Source: Gonapodya sp. JEL0774 (Eukaryota). From it: 64,000 bases of DNA. The notes under the pieces are model-generated. The model was not told the origin of the DNA, made no database searches, and worked only from the letters and a program-made list of their open reading frames with translations. Positions within the stretch are counted from its first letter, which is position 1. Every line of letters starts with the position of its first letter. Position numbers and translations under genes: made by a program. The stretch spans positions 1 through 64,000 of the forward strand of contig JADIIX010000112.1 in NCBI GenBank assembly GCA_027604505.1, in the 5' to 3' direction. Positions 48,156-61,432 of this stretch are shown here, one piece after another.

Positions 48156-51100
48156 ATGCCAGGCAGAGCTTTTACCACGCCTCCTCTCGCAATGCATCGG
48201 ATGGATCCTGCTTCTGTTGGTGGTCCGGGCGCTTTTGGGACATTCGGCGTCCCAGAACCAGGGACTTCGCTGAACGGACTGAATTATGCCCCACCCGCAC
48301 CATCTCCTGATACTCTTGGAGGACCTTTCCCGTACGGAATCCAGGTGAATACATCTGCTGTGACCTTTTGCTCATCTCATGGGTCGCGAAAACGTAGTAT
48401 CCTGTTGCCCGCAGCCCAACCCCACGCGAATCGTCCCAATCTCGATCGGACATGACGATCTTCCTTTCGCCAGTGGCACGACTCACCATCATCGGTCTGG
48501 CTCTGTGTCGGATCCTGTGTCATTTGGATCCGTCCCTCCCCCATCCCAACGAATTGCCGGTCACCAGATCGGCTTGTCCCAGAACCCAATGGCAGTGTGG
48601 GAAGTGGCGACTCCGCGATTGATGAACGGGGCTCCCGCATTGACCAACGTGGCTTCCGGAGCAGCGGTGGTGAATGGACCGTTTGGGAGCGGGACGTTTC
48701 TCTCCCGCCAACCTCTTCAGCCTTCGGCCCATCTCCCACGCGTTTCGGACCCTTATGCCTTGCTCTTGCATCATGGCTCAATGCCTAGTGCCTACGGTCA
48801 TCCTCAGCCTTCCTCACCCATGCAGGGTATCTTGCAGGGCATTCCTCAATCGGGTTCCAAGTTCTTTCACAACCGACAGCCGCCCGGCATAATGTACCCC
48901 CTGGCCCAACTCCATCTTGCAGCACCTCCCTCTGCTCAGGCAATGGTTGCACCTGTACTCTATCAGATGCCGTCCGTTGTCCAACAACAACCAGTTCTCA
49001 TCCACACTCCTTATGGCGGGGTGTACATTGCCTCCAACGGCCAAATTTTCCACGCAAGAGATCAGCCGTACGTTGCTGCTGCAGTGGCGTCGGGCGCTTT
49101 GGCACAAGCTGTCACTGCGGCTCGAGCTTTTGCGGAGGCTCAAGTCATCTCCGCGGCGAGTCAGAGCAGGGTTCAAGCGACGCCGGCTGTTCAGCACCCA
49201 GTGAATGTCGAATCCCTACCTCAGCTGGCGCCGTTGCCAAACAAGGAGTGGTTTGGTGAGCTCTTTTTAACTGACCATGTTGCGTCACCATAACAGGATT
49301 GTTCTTTAACGAGCCTCTTTGCTGCTCAGATTATTTCTTGCAGACAGCACACGTCAAGTACAACTCTGGCGAGTATGCTGCTGCCCTCTCTATTCTACAA
49401 GAATTGCACGCTGCGTACTCCAGCAATTTGCCAACACTGCTGCTGCTCGGTTGCACTTGTTACTCGCTTGGCTTGCACCAGCTCGCTGTGTCTTACAATG
49501 AGCAAATTCTTGCCGTCGACCCTAATTTCGCCGAAGCATACTCTAACCTCGGAACAACCTTCCGCGCCATGGCCCAATCCGGCACCATCACCACAGCGAG
49601 TTGGGTAAACGCATCTCATCCATCGGCCCTCCTGGCCAGCTCTTTTCGAAATTCTTCTGAGTTAATGGATATTGCTGAGAAGTGTTATCGTCAAGCTATT
49701 GCTATCCGCCCAAAGTACTGGGATGCCAGTATCAATTTGGCCGGTATGCTGTCAGGTTTGGGGAGGTTCCGGGAGGCATTGGATGTCTACGATGAGATTG
49801 AGCGCCGAATGGAGGAGGATTTTGCTGAAGATGAACGGATGAATAGCATCATGAAGGATATTGGCGGCGTTGACACTGCAAACGTTGACAATGACAGACT
49901 ACTGTCAGCCAGTCTCATCGATGCCGAAAAGCGGAGAAAACATCGAGCAATGATGGCGCGAGCACATGGACTCGTACCGCCAAATGAGAACAGCGGCTTC
50001 ACGTCAGCACGGCGGAAAGATCTGTACTATGCTAAAGGAAATCTTTGGTACGCCTCTGGCGACGTATGGGCAGCAAAACGAGAGTACTTGAAAGCACTCG
50101 TTTGTGTCGGACTCGACGTTCGTGCTGTGTACGATTCATGCCAAGCAGGAATTCTTCCATTACCCACCGTCACACCGGCTCAAGCGTTACAGATTTTGCA
50201 TCGGAAGCCAACAATCACGGATCCCGCTGGAGAGAGTCTGTACTCACCCACAATCTCAAGTACCCTACAGACACTCGCAAAGATGTATCAGGACTCTCAG
50301 CTTCCCCACCTTGCTGTTGCGTTCTACTACATCTCGTTGTCCATTCACCCGACAGCAAACACGTGCAACAATTTGGGCATTCTTCTGTCTCCTCAACGCC
50401 TTGATGAATCAATAGCGTGGTATGAGCTTGGTCTGCAGCTTGACGCAACTCACGTTCACCTGTACACTAATCTCGGATCGGCACTGAAGGATCGCGGCCA
50501 GACGGCCGAGGGTATCAACTGCTATCAGCGAGCCATTGCGCTGCAACCTGATTTCTACATTGCGCTCGCAAACCTTGCAAATGTTTTCAAGGACCTGGGG
50601 CGCGTGGACGAAGCAATCGACCTGTATCGGCGAGCACTCCGTTGCAAGCCCGATTTTGTAGAAGCGTTCTGCAATTATGTCAATTCTCTCCTGTTCGTCT
50701 GCGATTGGACGGATCGTGAAGAGAATCTAGGGAAGATTAGTGACGTTGTGAACTCTCAGCTGAGGGAAGGGAAGAGGACCAACCCCAAACAAGTTCCAAC
50801 CGTCCTTCCGTTCCACACCTTCACTTACTCAAGCCTTTCAGCCTACCAAGTGCGAGAAATTAGTCGGAGAAATGCTGAGAGAGTTGTGTGGAGTGTTGTT
50901 ACTAGTGATTGGTAAAGGAGACATTTTCTCGCGCATAATCATCGGCGGGAGTTGATACTCACTATCACTTTCGTAGGTTCCCCGGCTTTCCAATCCGGCC
51001 TATCAAAATCAGCCGTATGGCGAGTGTCGTATCAAGCGGCTCTCCCGTGGAACTAATGCAGGCGTGGTCGCGTTTCGCCGCTGCGTCAAACAATCTCACC

Positions 51101-53622
51101 AACCTTGTTCCCAGCGCAACCAACATTTCCGCACTGGCCTCTCGAGCGAGCTCTTATCCTTATCCTTATCCCCTGCCTCCTCTGCCGAATCCTCACATCA
51201 AGATAGGCTATGTTTCTTCCGATTTCAATAATCACCCTCTCGCACATCTTATGCAGTCGGTGTTTGGTCTGCACAATCCGGAGAAGTTCCAAGTGTATTG
51301 CTACTCACTGTCACCAACGGACGACTCTCCGTACCGCAAGAAGATAGAGCGCGAGTCGTTCATGTTTGTGGATGTGTCTTCCTTGGGTGCCAAGGAGATA
51401 ATCGAAAGGATCGTCAGTGACGGTATTCATATTCTGGTAAATCTGAATGGATATACCAAGGGAGGACGGAACGAGATATTTGCAGCGCGACCAGCTCCTC
51501 TTGCTATGACGTACATGGGATTCGCCGGGACAATGGGGGCTGGATCTGTGGGTGACTTCGAAGTCGAAGATGATGAAGTCAACACATTCAACGCCAACAT
51601 GAGTGACGAAATCCAGGAGGACGACCCTGAAATTGCCTTTTTTGATGGGATTGCAGACCGGTGGATGGACTATTTTGTTGCGGACGAAGTCGCAGCACCG
51701 CGTCGTGTTGTTTGCGATGAACCCGACAATGTGGAGTTGCTGGCTTATTTGCACTCTGGCACATCACGGCGAACCAAGTACTGGGCGCGAGACACTCAGC
51801 GTGTATTCACAGAGTTCATGGTGTACATGCCCCACTCTTACTTCGTCAACGACCACCGGCAGGGTTTCCGAGAAGAAGAAATCGCCGATATTGATAAGAT
51901 GGTTACAACTGGGTCAATCATCCCGGTGGAAGGCTACTGTCCTTATCCGGAGATGTTTGAGGATGAAAGCCACCTAACAGAGGAGGAAAAGGTCAGATGG
52001 CGGAAAGAGGAGATCCGACGGCTTCGAATGAGAGCGGAACTGTTCCCGAAGGTTGCGGAAGACACGGTGATTTTCGCGAACTTCAACCAGCTGTACAAGG
52101 TGCGCGGAGTAGCCATTGGCTATGACATTTACCCACAACGTAATCAATTTTCATTGTCAGATCGATCCTCTTATCTTTCGTACCTGGTGTAACATCTTGC
52201 GAAGAGTTCCAAACTCGATTCTTTGGCTTCTTCGTTTCCCTCCGGCTGGAGAGGTACATTTGAAGCAAAGAGCTAAGGAGTACGGAGGAGAAGAAGTTGC
52301 GCAGCGAGTGATCTTCACTGGTGGGTTGATGTTAGTCCCATGTCTCTTGTCACTATCCTCATTCCCTTTCTTCAGACGTCGCATCCAAGCACCTGCACAT
52401 TCACCGTGGTCGCATTGCCGACCTGTTTCTCGATACTCCTGAGTGTAATGCTCATACGACTGCAGCTGATATCTTGTGGAGTGGAACACCTTTGATCACA
52501 TATCCAAAGTATGAGTTCAAGATGTGCTCTCGTGTTGCTGCGAGCATTGCGTATGGAACGGGCACGTGGCCTGAAGCAGAGCAAGCGGACATGATGAGGG
52601 AGCTTGTTTCGATCCAACACCTGGAAGATACTAACTGGGAGGCGGTGCAGGAGCAAGCCTTGCGGTACGCAGAACAGAAGGGCAAGATCGTTACAGGAAC
52701 GTCTTCTCTCCATGGAAACGATAATTGGATAGAGCTTGAAGGAATGAAGCAAATTCGAGGAGGCAAGACCGGTCGAAGCGAACGGTTGAGAAGCCCGGCG
52801 TACCTCGGACACCTGATGGTTTGTACGAGCTATCAGGAGTATGAGGATAGAGCAGTGAGTTTTGGCGCCGGGTTGAAATGGGGATGGAAAGCGATTGCAC
52901 AACCGAACACCAGGACGCTGTCTGAAGTGCATTCGCAAGGTATTACGTGGAACCGCAACGAAGATTCGTTGGATACGCGGAGCCAAACTCGCCAAACGAG
53001 CGGTCAGGGCAAGGAGCTTTCAAGAGAGATAAGCTCGACCGCTCCGACAAAAATCAAACCTCCTTCGGCGGTGCACGCCCACAATGTAGTACACCAATTT
53101 GGACTTGGCTTTTCGACTCCTTTCCTCACAGCTTCAAGTCCAACCACACGAAACCAGTTGCAGACACCGTTCTATCCAACGAAAGCCGCGCCAACCCACA
53201 TATTTGCACCATACGGACCACTCGTTCGACTGAGGAGACGATTGTTTCTCAATCGCGAGGACATGCCCTTGTTTGATACGGCAAAATGGGTGCGAGACTT
53301 GGAACGGGGTATTTTGGACTGCTGGGCCAGATGGGAGCGCGGCTGGGCGAAGCTGCAAGCGCGCAACAGGCGGGAAATCGAAGAGGGTGGGGCCAACGGA
53401 CTGGGAAGACTGGAATCTCGGGATCCTCCAGGTGCAGGAGAACGAAAGAAGCGCCGACGTGAGGCAGAGAGTAGTACTTTTGAGAACAATTCGCTGCCGC
53501 GTGGGAACATCGGGGGCAGGGCCATCATTCGGCAAAGCGGGTCAGTTGAGCACGTTCAAGGTCGGAGGGTCTCCACCAGGTGCATCTGGATAGAAGACGA
53601 GTTGTTGACTCCTAGATGGTGA
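48156..53622 (+). CDS. OGT: O-GlcNAc transferase (GT41, TPR repeats plus split catalytic domain)
   Basis: TPRs (AEAYSNLG, YTNLGSALKDRG, ALANLANVFKDLG). Catalytic motifs KIGYVSSDFNNHPLAHLM, NLNGYTKGGRNEIFAARPAP, YMGFAGTMGA, MPHSYFVNDH, FANFNQLYKIDP, LWLLRFP and DTPECNAHTTAADILWSGTP. Confidence 0.95.
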
Positions 53623-53796
53623 CTTCGTAGAGGTTCATGGTGCCGTTGCAAAATGTTTTATCAACCACCTGAATATACAGTTACTCGGAATTATATTTTA
53701 TTGGGGTGTTTCCGGGGGTTGAGTTACATAGATCAGGTTTCACAATGAGCACGTATAAGTTTCCACGAGCTATACTCACGCATTGATTCGGTAATA

Positions 53797-56650
53797 ATGG
53801 CAGCAGCAGCTTCTCCCGAGCCACCTTCGCCACCATCAACACCTCTTAGTCTGACTGCACGCCTTCGTGAACGCATTTCCTCCCTTCCCCGTGCTATCGC
53901 TTCGCGACCTCTTCGACTAGCATTTTTTGGACTCTTCGTCTATGTAAACGCCCAATCTTACAAAAGACAAAAAGAATTTCTTACTGTTTCCGATTCAACT
54001 GTTCTAAGGTGGCGGCTCGATGTGAGTTTTGGAACAAGATGCTTGTTGCGACAAGGGGAACGAACTGGACAGTACCTTCGCATTCTCATCCAATGTATCC
54101 AATTTCACCCGATTGTCTGACTTGCATTTCGGGATCTCGCGCTGACAGAAAACTTCCATTACGGAAGCTCCCCCGGAGGCTGGCTTTTCGCTTGGTAGCT
54201 TGCTTTCACCGGGTCCAGGAGGGCCGTTGGCGAGCCTTACCCAGAGAGGGGTAACTCTCTACGATTTTATTAAGACTCTGAAAGATGCAGAGAACGATGA
54301 GCGTGTCGTGGGATTAGTACTGGATCTGGCGAGTGCCGGACCAATGGCTGTTCAAGAACGACTGGGGTTGGCCCAAGTGCAAGAAGTGAAGGAAGCTTTG
54401 AACAGCTTTCGAAAAACGAAAATTGAGCAATTCAAGGATACTCCTGAGAAGTGGCAAAAGATGGTTGCTGTCACGGATTCCTTCGGTGAGTGACGCGGTG
54501 GCGCTGAACAGGCTAGCCCCCTAGCATTGGTGCCATGCTAGAAACTCCGGTGCCTATGCTCCAAGATTCACAGGTTGCGTATTACCTCGCGTCATCGTTT
54601 GACTCCATCTCACTTGAGCCGGTCGGCGTGTTACCCTTGGTCGGTGTAAGCGTGAGTTGTTGAGTGAAAAAGTTTAAACGAGAATGACACATCCAGTGAC
54701 CTCAATGAGGGTTGCATGAAACATCGCCAGACTGTACAACCTTTCGTCAAAAATTTATTAGACAGATTGCAATTGTACCCGCGAGTCTTCACCAAGGAAC
54801 AGTACAAGGGGGTATACTCGTTCCTCCAAGGAACTGGGTTTTCCGACCCTATCCGTGAGAATACAACTTCCTTCGTGACATCTTTGAATGATCAGCTCGT
54901 GGAGGGCATCGCTCGTGGACGTTGGAGATGGCTTCATAATGCAGAGGACTCACTCAATCGTATCGAACGAGGGGAGTTTTTGGGAGAATCTGGCGAACCT
55001 GAGGACTACGCAGATGTTGTTGTCACACCGCCAGCCTCAGCATCTTATGATGAGGCCACCGAAAAGGAACGTCGTGCGGCCATCAGCACCGTGGAACGAG
55101 TTCTGGACTTGGGAGGTCTTTCGGCCCGAGAAGCGCTATCGTTGGGGCTTGTTGATATCCTGAACTACCGAAGGCTCATGGTCGAACGTTTCTCGAAAGA
55201 GAAGGCGACTCAAGGAATGTTTGGTGAGAAGAAAGTGAAGGAGAACAAAAGTATGTCTATACCTCGGTGAGTTTATTGCTCGTGGTTTCCTTCGATGAGC
55301 TCGTTCTTGTTTGAAACACATCGGAATGCACTAAGTTACAAAGCTGCCCGAGCGTTTGAAAAACGTACTGGAGTCGCCCGATACGCGAGCACTGCAGGAT
55401 ATCCTTTGCCCGCAGACGCTACACCATCAATAAATCTGTCGGTTTGGAAAACCGGGGAGAAGCCCAAACCTCCCAACAAAGTTACTGTCGGCATGGTATA
55501 TATCACTGGTATGATCAGGAAAGGAGATGGCCACGACGGATCGTCGAACCTTGTTCAAGCACTCGTCGATGCCGGAAAAGACTCTGATATTGAGGCACTA
55601 GTAATAAGGATTGGTGCGCTGAATTTCTGTTTGGCATCTTGAAAAGTCTTGGTTTTGACAGTTGATGATGAACCCCAACCAGATTCTGGAGGAGGTGATG
55701 CAGGAGCATCCGATACGATTTGGGAAGCAGTAAAAGCCGTTTCTAGTTCCTCGGGAAAACCTATTGTTGCAAGTTTCGGTAATACGTGTGCTTCGGGTGG
55801 TACGTCCAGGACCTGTTGTTGCACAGCAAACTGTTACGCCTCTTGATATCGCCCCTCTGTCAGGTTATTACATCGCGGCAGCCTGCAACCGAATTTTTGC
55901 AAGCCCGGGAACTGTGACAGGTAGCATTGGCGTTGCGGCAATGAAGCCCTACGTTTCTGGAGAATTTTTGGACAAAATTGGTGTGACGATTGACAGCATA
56001 TTTACTTCAGAAGGAGCGAAGAACGGCTCCATCTTCCACGATATCGAGGGTCGAACTCTCGATCGCATGTTGAAGAGGATGGAGGAATCGTATGTTATTT
56101 TCAAAAAGAGGGTGGCAGAAGGTCGTGGCTGGAGTTTGGATAAGGTGGGGTCCATTGCGGGCGGTAGAGTTTACACTGGCCTTCAAGCGTACAAGCTTGG
56201 GCTCGTTGATGAATTGGGTGGGACTCACGACGCTGTCCGGTACGCGGCGACAAGAGCAATGGAGAAGCGACTGGACACTTTACCGGAGGAGCTGAAAGCT
56301 ATTGTGGAAAAGGTCGGCAAAGTAGGACCACCGGAAGAAGTTGACCTAAAAATATTTCCTGCACCCAAATCGGTGTTTGCAAGGGGTGAGTTAACAGTGA
56401 ATGTTCTGTGAGCGGACGAGTTTTCGTTAACGTGCCGACGGGTACAGCTGGTGACTTTGAAGACATCGATAACACTCGTTGGCTGCGGATGGCCAGCAAT
56501 TTTGTCTCGGGTGTGGCGATGCAAGTTGCTCGAACAGTGTGGTATTCCAGCGGATCCCACCTTGAATGGGAGCGCAGTTTGGTCGATTTCCCAGGGCGGA
56601 TGGAGACACGTTTCGAAGATAGAACTTTAACGACTGGCCTTCGGACATAA
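53797..56650 (+). CDS. sppA: Signal peptide peptidase SppA / protease IV (S49, two-domain long form)
   Basis: N-terminal hydrophobic segment, LKDAENDERVVGLVLDL, GLAQVQEV, YLASSFD, QYKG (candidate catalytic Lys), I/DSGGG, ASFGNTCASGGYYIA (catalytic Ser), TVTGSIGV and GGRVYTGLQAYKLGLVDELGG. Confidence 0.93.
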
Positions 56651-56934
56651 TATATTCGTGGAAATTTTGGTTTGGCCACTTCCAGATCATCTGGTGCCTC
56701 TTCGTGGAGAGCTTCGAAGGAGTCGTATTGTCCTATGAGCCATCAAAGACGATCCACTCCGCAACCAGCTGAAGAAAGAAGAAATCGAAATCCGAGTTCA
56801 ACGAGAGTGTGAGGTTAATGCCCAACTCACGCTGGTGTCAGGTGATACCCAGACGAACCCCTATTCATTGTCCACACCATGCATACAAACTTTTCAGAAC
56901 ATCTGAGCGGTCACTTTTACGGATTGTTGCCGAC

Positions 56935-57793
56935 ATGGCATCTCTAAATGGAAGCGCGGCCATCCAACTTCCCCTGACACCGCGTTTTGGGTTGACGCGG
57001 CGCGAATGGTTCAAGTAGGTGCGCGATCACGCTGTTTCTCGTATGTTCAGAGAGAATCTTTAATTTTTTGCATAAAGGAACGTAGCAAATCGAATCATGT
57101 ACTCGCGTTTCTACACTGCGTTGTACCTCGGGATGGCAGCACTCTCACTTGCAGCGATCATTTTGGTATGTAGGACAAGGTGGACGCCCACATCCTCTTA
57201 CGTGGAACTGAATTATAAGAGAAAAGTCATTCCTGCATCCATGCCCGACTTGGTACTTCATTTTGATGGACGTACTGCTTAATGTTATCATTGTAGTTGA
57301 GGTGGTTCTTCGATACACTGCACTGGGGAAGTTGTTCTGGAAGTCATGGTGGAACGTGTTCGAGTGAGGATGACTTGTGATTGAGTATTCGCAGTTGATG
57401 CAGTTGACGAATTGCCTTTTGTTCAGCCTCGGGGTGTCTATCCTTTGCGTCGCCACTCTTGTCCTGTTGTGCGTCCACTTCACCACGTGTGATGCTACTT
57501 CTTTCCGAGAAAACGTGGCAGACCTAGCGCTCATAATCGTGCGGAATGGAGTGCAACTTGTGAGAATGCTCTTCATGCTGCGAAAGTGAGACCTGAACTG
57601 GCAACGTCTTCCGTTGCTTAGCTACTCAATGTAGTGATGACTTTTGATTTACCGACCAATATTTTCTTACAGAAACAAACGGGGTCTCTTCAATAGACCG
57701 GCGCCGATCGAGTTTTCCAACCAAAACGACGAGCGATCACTGCTCGGTCCAGACGATGAAACTTTAGACTGGGACGGTACACAGGAAGTGTGA
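56935..57793 (+). CDS. Small four-helix membrane protein resembling a voltage-sensor domain without a pore
   Basis: Five exons give SRFYTALYLGMAALSLAAIIL, MDVLLNVIIVVEVVLR, FWKSWWNVFDLGVSILC and DLALIIVRNGVQLVRMLFMLRKNKR, then a short acidic tail and TGA 57793. Confidence 0.75.
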
Positions 57794-58212
57794 GTCAGAA
57801 CATGCTTTGTTTGGAAGTGTGAAAAGTGTCTCTTGTACGCCGGCTTGGTGAAATTTTCTGTGCGGTTCCCCAAACAGAGTCCCGTCCAACCTCCCCTCAC
57901 ACCTAAGTTCAAATCACAACAATGTTTTGTGGGACGAAGAAGATGACTTTGTATGAAATAGTGAGATGTACTTATCCGGGTAGGAGATGGAAACATTAAT
58001 TTCGTCTGATACCAACCATGCATTCAGGTTGAAGCTACATTGTTCGTGTCAAATAGCATGCTGTCATGGAAACGCTGTGCTTTGACTTTGTACGAGAAAA
58101 ATTTCATGATTACGTGACGATGGGGTATGGATCTCAGTTCTAAACGGGCGCTTCACGTTATGCCGTCAACATCTGTGGTGGAAGCGTTACAACAATCTGG
58201 GATCAACTGTGC

Positions 58213-60419
58213 TCACAAAGCGTAGTCGGAAATCCACGCGTACCCACCAATAACTTCTTCCGAAACTTTGGTGACATGGACCCTGATTTGGGGTTGTGGA
58301 ATCAAATCAGGCAACTCGAATAGCACATTCTCGTAGTAATGACTCACCCATGAGGGGACACTACCAGAGACCTGAATGGCTGGATTCCCTTTGCTTCGTT
58401 GGAAGGTGCCACGATGGCAACATTTGGACTTGTTGGTGGTCCACGATCAAAGGGAATGTCGAAGACCCCCGACTTCCCAAAGGATAGTACTTCCATGGGG
58501 GGTCGGCTAAATGTATTTTGATGTCGTAGGTATGTTTTTGAGTGGTCTGAGGTCGGGGGGAGGGGAGGGACAGGATTTCGTGTTTGTTCAGGCGGGGAGC
58601 TGGAAGTGGGCGTACAGGATCCAGTTGTGGTACTGCTAGTTTCAGCTTCTCCGTTGCCAGGTACGCGCCATGTGAATCGCAGTTTCAAGTCAGAGAGGGC
58701 TGTAACAGTGGGGATAAGACCTGCGTTTCGTGTTGCTCGCATGGATGTTGGGTACGATTGCGTGCCGTTTGATAAAGAGTCGTATGTCGAAAAAGAGTGT
58801 TGAGTTGCGGTGACTTCCTGTGGAGTAGGGGGTGGTGGGAACATTGCCGGTGGATTGGAAGGGTATGGAGGAAGGGAGTTGGAGCGGTTCTGGAAATGAT
58901 GCAAGATACTAGGTTGGCGGCCCTATTGATCGGAATCAGAAATACGTTTGCAGTGAAACTCATCTACAAACAAGAAACAGCAATGGATACGTACGGGAAC
59001 AGGAGGAGATGCGGGTCGATCTTCTGTTGGAGCGGGAAACAAAAATTTCAATCATAGCGATCGCCATCAAGACGCAGATGTATTTTACTCCTCACCTCGG
59101 TAACGTTTCACACCACCCAATCTGCCCTTGTGTGGGGATGTTCGCCGCTTCCCATTTCCTATTGCCAGCACCACATGGGAAACAATACGAGTTTCCGGAT
59201 ACATGGAAACGGCTTAAGACACCCGTGAAAAGTTGCAGTCACAACTCACGTCGCTTCCCGGCCTCGGTGCTCCCTTCGGAGCCTGAGTCAGACGACCATT
59301 CGACATATGGAGAGGTCGGCCGGCCAACGTCACTGTTTGTAAAGCGTGATGCAGCATCTCTGCACATATCATTAAAGTGTGAAAGAGAATGTGATGTGAA
59401 CTTCGCGCGTCAGAAACGGCAAAACCTGCACCCACCTGGCAGCCTGTCTCGTGCCTCGAGGGCCGAGTCCCAAGCACTTCTCGAGATGTTGGGCGAACTT
59501 CTGTGCGCCGTGGTGTCTACCGCATTCGGGGCAGATGATCGGGTCAAGGCTGTCCACACGTTGGTGGAACGACCGGTTGTGCGCTAATGGGATTTGACAA
59601 GGGGAGGTCGTTTGGTAAGGAGCATTCCTTCACAGAAAATGGCTCCACCAAGACTTTGAGGAACTTGCATCCGATCGACTCACATATATCTCGGCAACTT
59701 CGAGGGTTACGTTGATAAAATGAAAGGTGCATATCTTTTAGGTAACAACACCAACAGCGCTTTCGAGGAACAAGCTCATCAAATCAAGGACAATCCAGCG
59801 ACATGGCGATTCCAAGTTGTTCAAAAACGACTTTGCAAGCTTTGTGCGTTGGTATTTTCCTGGTCTTCGATGATGGCGAGATGGGTGGGAAGATTCAGGT
59901 GGGGATCCTCCAAACTCACTTTCTCCCACAGACCTGGCAAGGCCTAGTGATGAGCCTGGCGTCCCGAGTCGTTGCCAGGGCCAATTCGAAGACGCATTCT
60001 TCGAGCAAATCGTCGAAAAGCTCCGAATCCTTCCAGAACCAAAGGGTGTTCGGGTGAGGATCGCATTCCCCAGAGCCAAGGAATTGAGGTTGGAAACGAC
60101 TCCCGCGTGAGGGGAACTGCGAGAAAAATTGCACACAGGATAAACATCGAACATACCAGAGACTGGCCAGTCTCCGTCATCGTCGCGTTCCTCCGCTCTG
60201 CCGTCCAGTGTGGCGAAGAAAGTAGTGTAGTATGCTGTGAGCACCCAACCTCCACGGATACCTCATTCCTCATATTAATATCAGTGCGTTCGACCATAAG
60301 CATATCATTCTCCCTGAAAGATTAAGTCTCTATTTGTGTCCAAATTGCTGCACTACGTTTTGAAGCGCTCCCATCGGGTTCCCGAATACCTCCAACAACT
60401 TACTTTCAAACGACGACAT
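58213..60419 (-). CDS. SGF11: SAGA deubiquitination-module subunit Sgf11/ATXN7L3-like
   Basis: N-terminal helix ELFDDLLEECVFELALATTR and zinc finger IICPECGRHHGAQKFAQHLEKCLGLGPRGTRQA. Long P/S/T-rich downstream exons; both ends are inferred from splice signals. Confidence 0.8.
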
Positions 60420-60631
60420 TAGACCATTTTCGGTCTCGTCCAGCAACCGAGCTCTGAAAAGTCACGTCACTACAGAGTTTGCGACAGTGTGAGGAAAAGA
60501 TGGGGACTTACATTTGCTCGTTCGCCTTGGGTTGGATTTTCGGTAAGAGAATGTTACGGATTGCACCTTCACCAGCCTGGATCGGTCCCGAACGTCGTCA
60601 TAAACAACGTTGTATTCCGAAGTGAAAAGGA

Positions 60632-61432
60632 ATGACTAGCGTGCTCGCCCACCTGCACAATGTTCTGGACAAAGTCAATTAGTCCTCGCTGCCCGTCCGC
60701 ATCTGGCACCTGTTCGGGAAGGTCACGGTTCCCAGAGATGCCACCTAGAACCTTTGCGACTATATGGGGCGCGTGAGATGGGTGTCTGGACACTTGTAAA
60801 GTATGCCAAAAAACACGGCGGTCTCGTGCAACCCACGAGACGAACAACTCACTTGCTCGGTCCACGACGTCCGGGATGATGGCTTCCAAGCCCGGCTTCG
60901 TGCCTTGAAGGATATCACGCACCTGTGCATTGTTGTCCGCGCCATCGAGAGGGGACCCACCGGAGAAGGAAAGATGTGCGTGTTGGTGATGGAGGGACAG
61001 AGGAGGGGGATGGATGATAAGTTCCAAATCCGAAGTTTTAGCCATGGCAACGCACCTCTGGTCGAACCATTTGCACAATGGTCGGAACTTTTGACTTGAT
61101 ATCCCCACCAGTAAGGAGCTGTTGCGCTCCCTTGTAAGCCTCGACCGCGCCAATTTTCTTGTCGACGCAAGAGACCGTGGATTGGGACCGTGTTCAGCAC
61201 CGTCACGGAAACAACCATGAGCCGCCTGTATCCCCCCGGAATCACGTACCCCGTCCGAGCCGTCGAAGTCAGCAACGGCTTTTGTCCGGTTGATGACCAC
61301 ATTTGTGACCGCCTTGCCGACATGCTCCATCACCGCATCGAGTTGAGGTTTGAGGTCTTGGGTGATCTATCGACCGGGGAATATTGGACACAAACCAGCG
61401 TCAACTACTTTTGGCACCAGCTGTCAACTTGA
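60632..61432 (+). pseudogene. Decayed coding sequence with five in-frame stops
   Basis: One continuous protein-like frame interrupted by TAG 60680, TAG 60746, TAA 60797, TGA 61097 and TAA 61112. The antisense frame is open for 254 codons, typical of a coding shadow. Confidence 0.55.

Noticed and set aside
32198..56650. Possible metabolic gene cluster (GS-like ligase, protease, MFS, LEU2, OGT, SppA)
   Set aside because: The functions do not form a coherent pathway, there is no backbone synthase or cluster regulator, and unrelated housekeeping genes are interspersed.
60200..60262. GTATCCGT donor in SGF11 resembling a U12-type 5' splice site
   Set aside because: It deviates from GTATCCTT and no TCCTTAAC branch point is present before the acceptor.
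60569..61333. 254-aa minus-strand ORF
   Set aside because: Its composition fits an antisense shadow of the decayed plus-strand frame and no domain is recognisable.
60632..61432. Possible stop-codon reassignment or readthrough
   Set aside because: All three stop codons occur in the frame, and conserved genes in the window end normally at TAG, TAA and TGA. Pseudogenisation is simpler.
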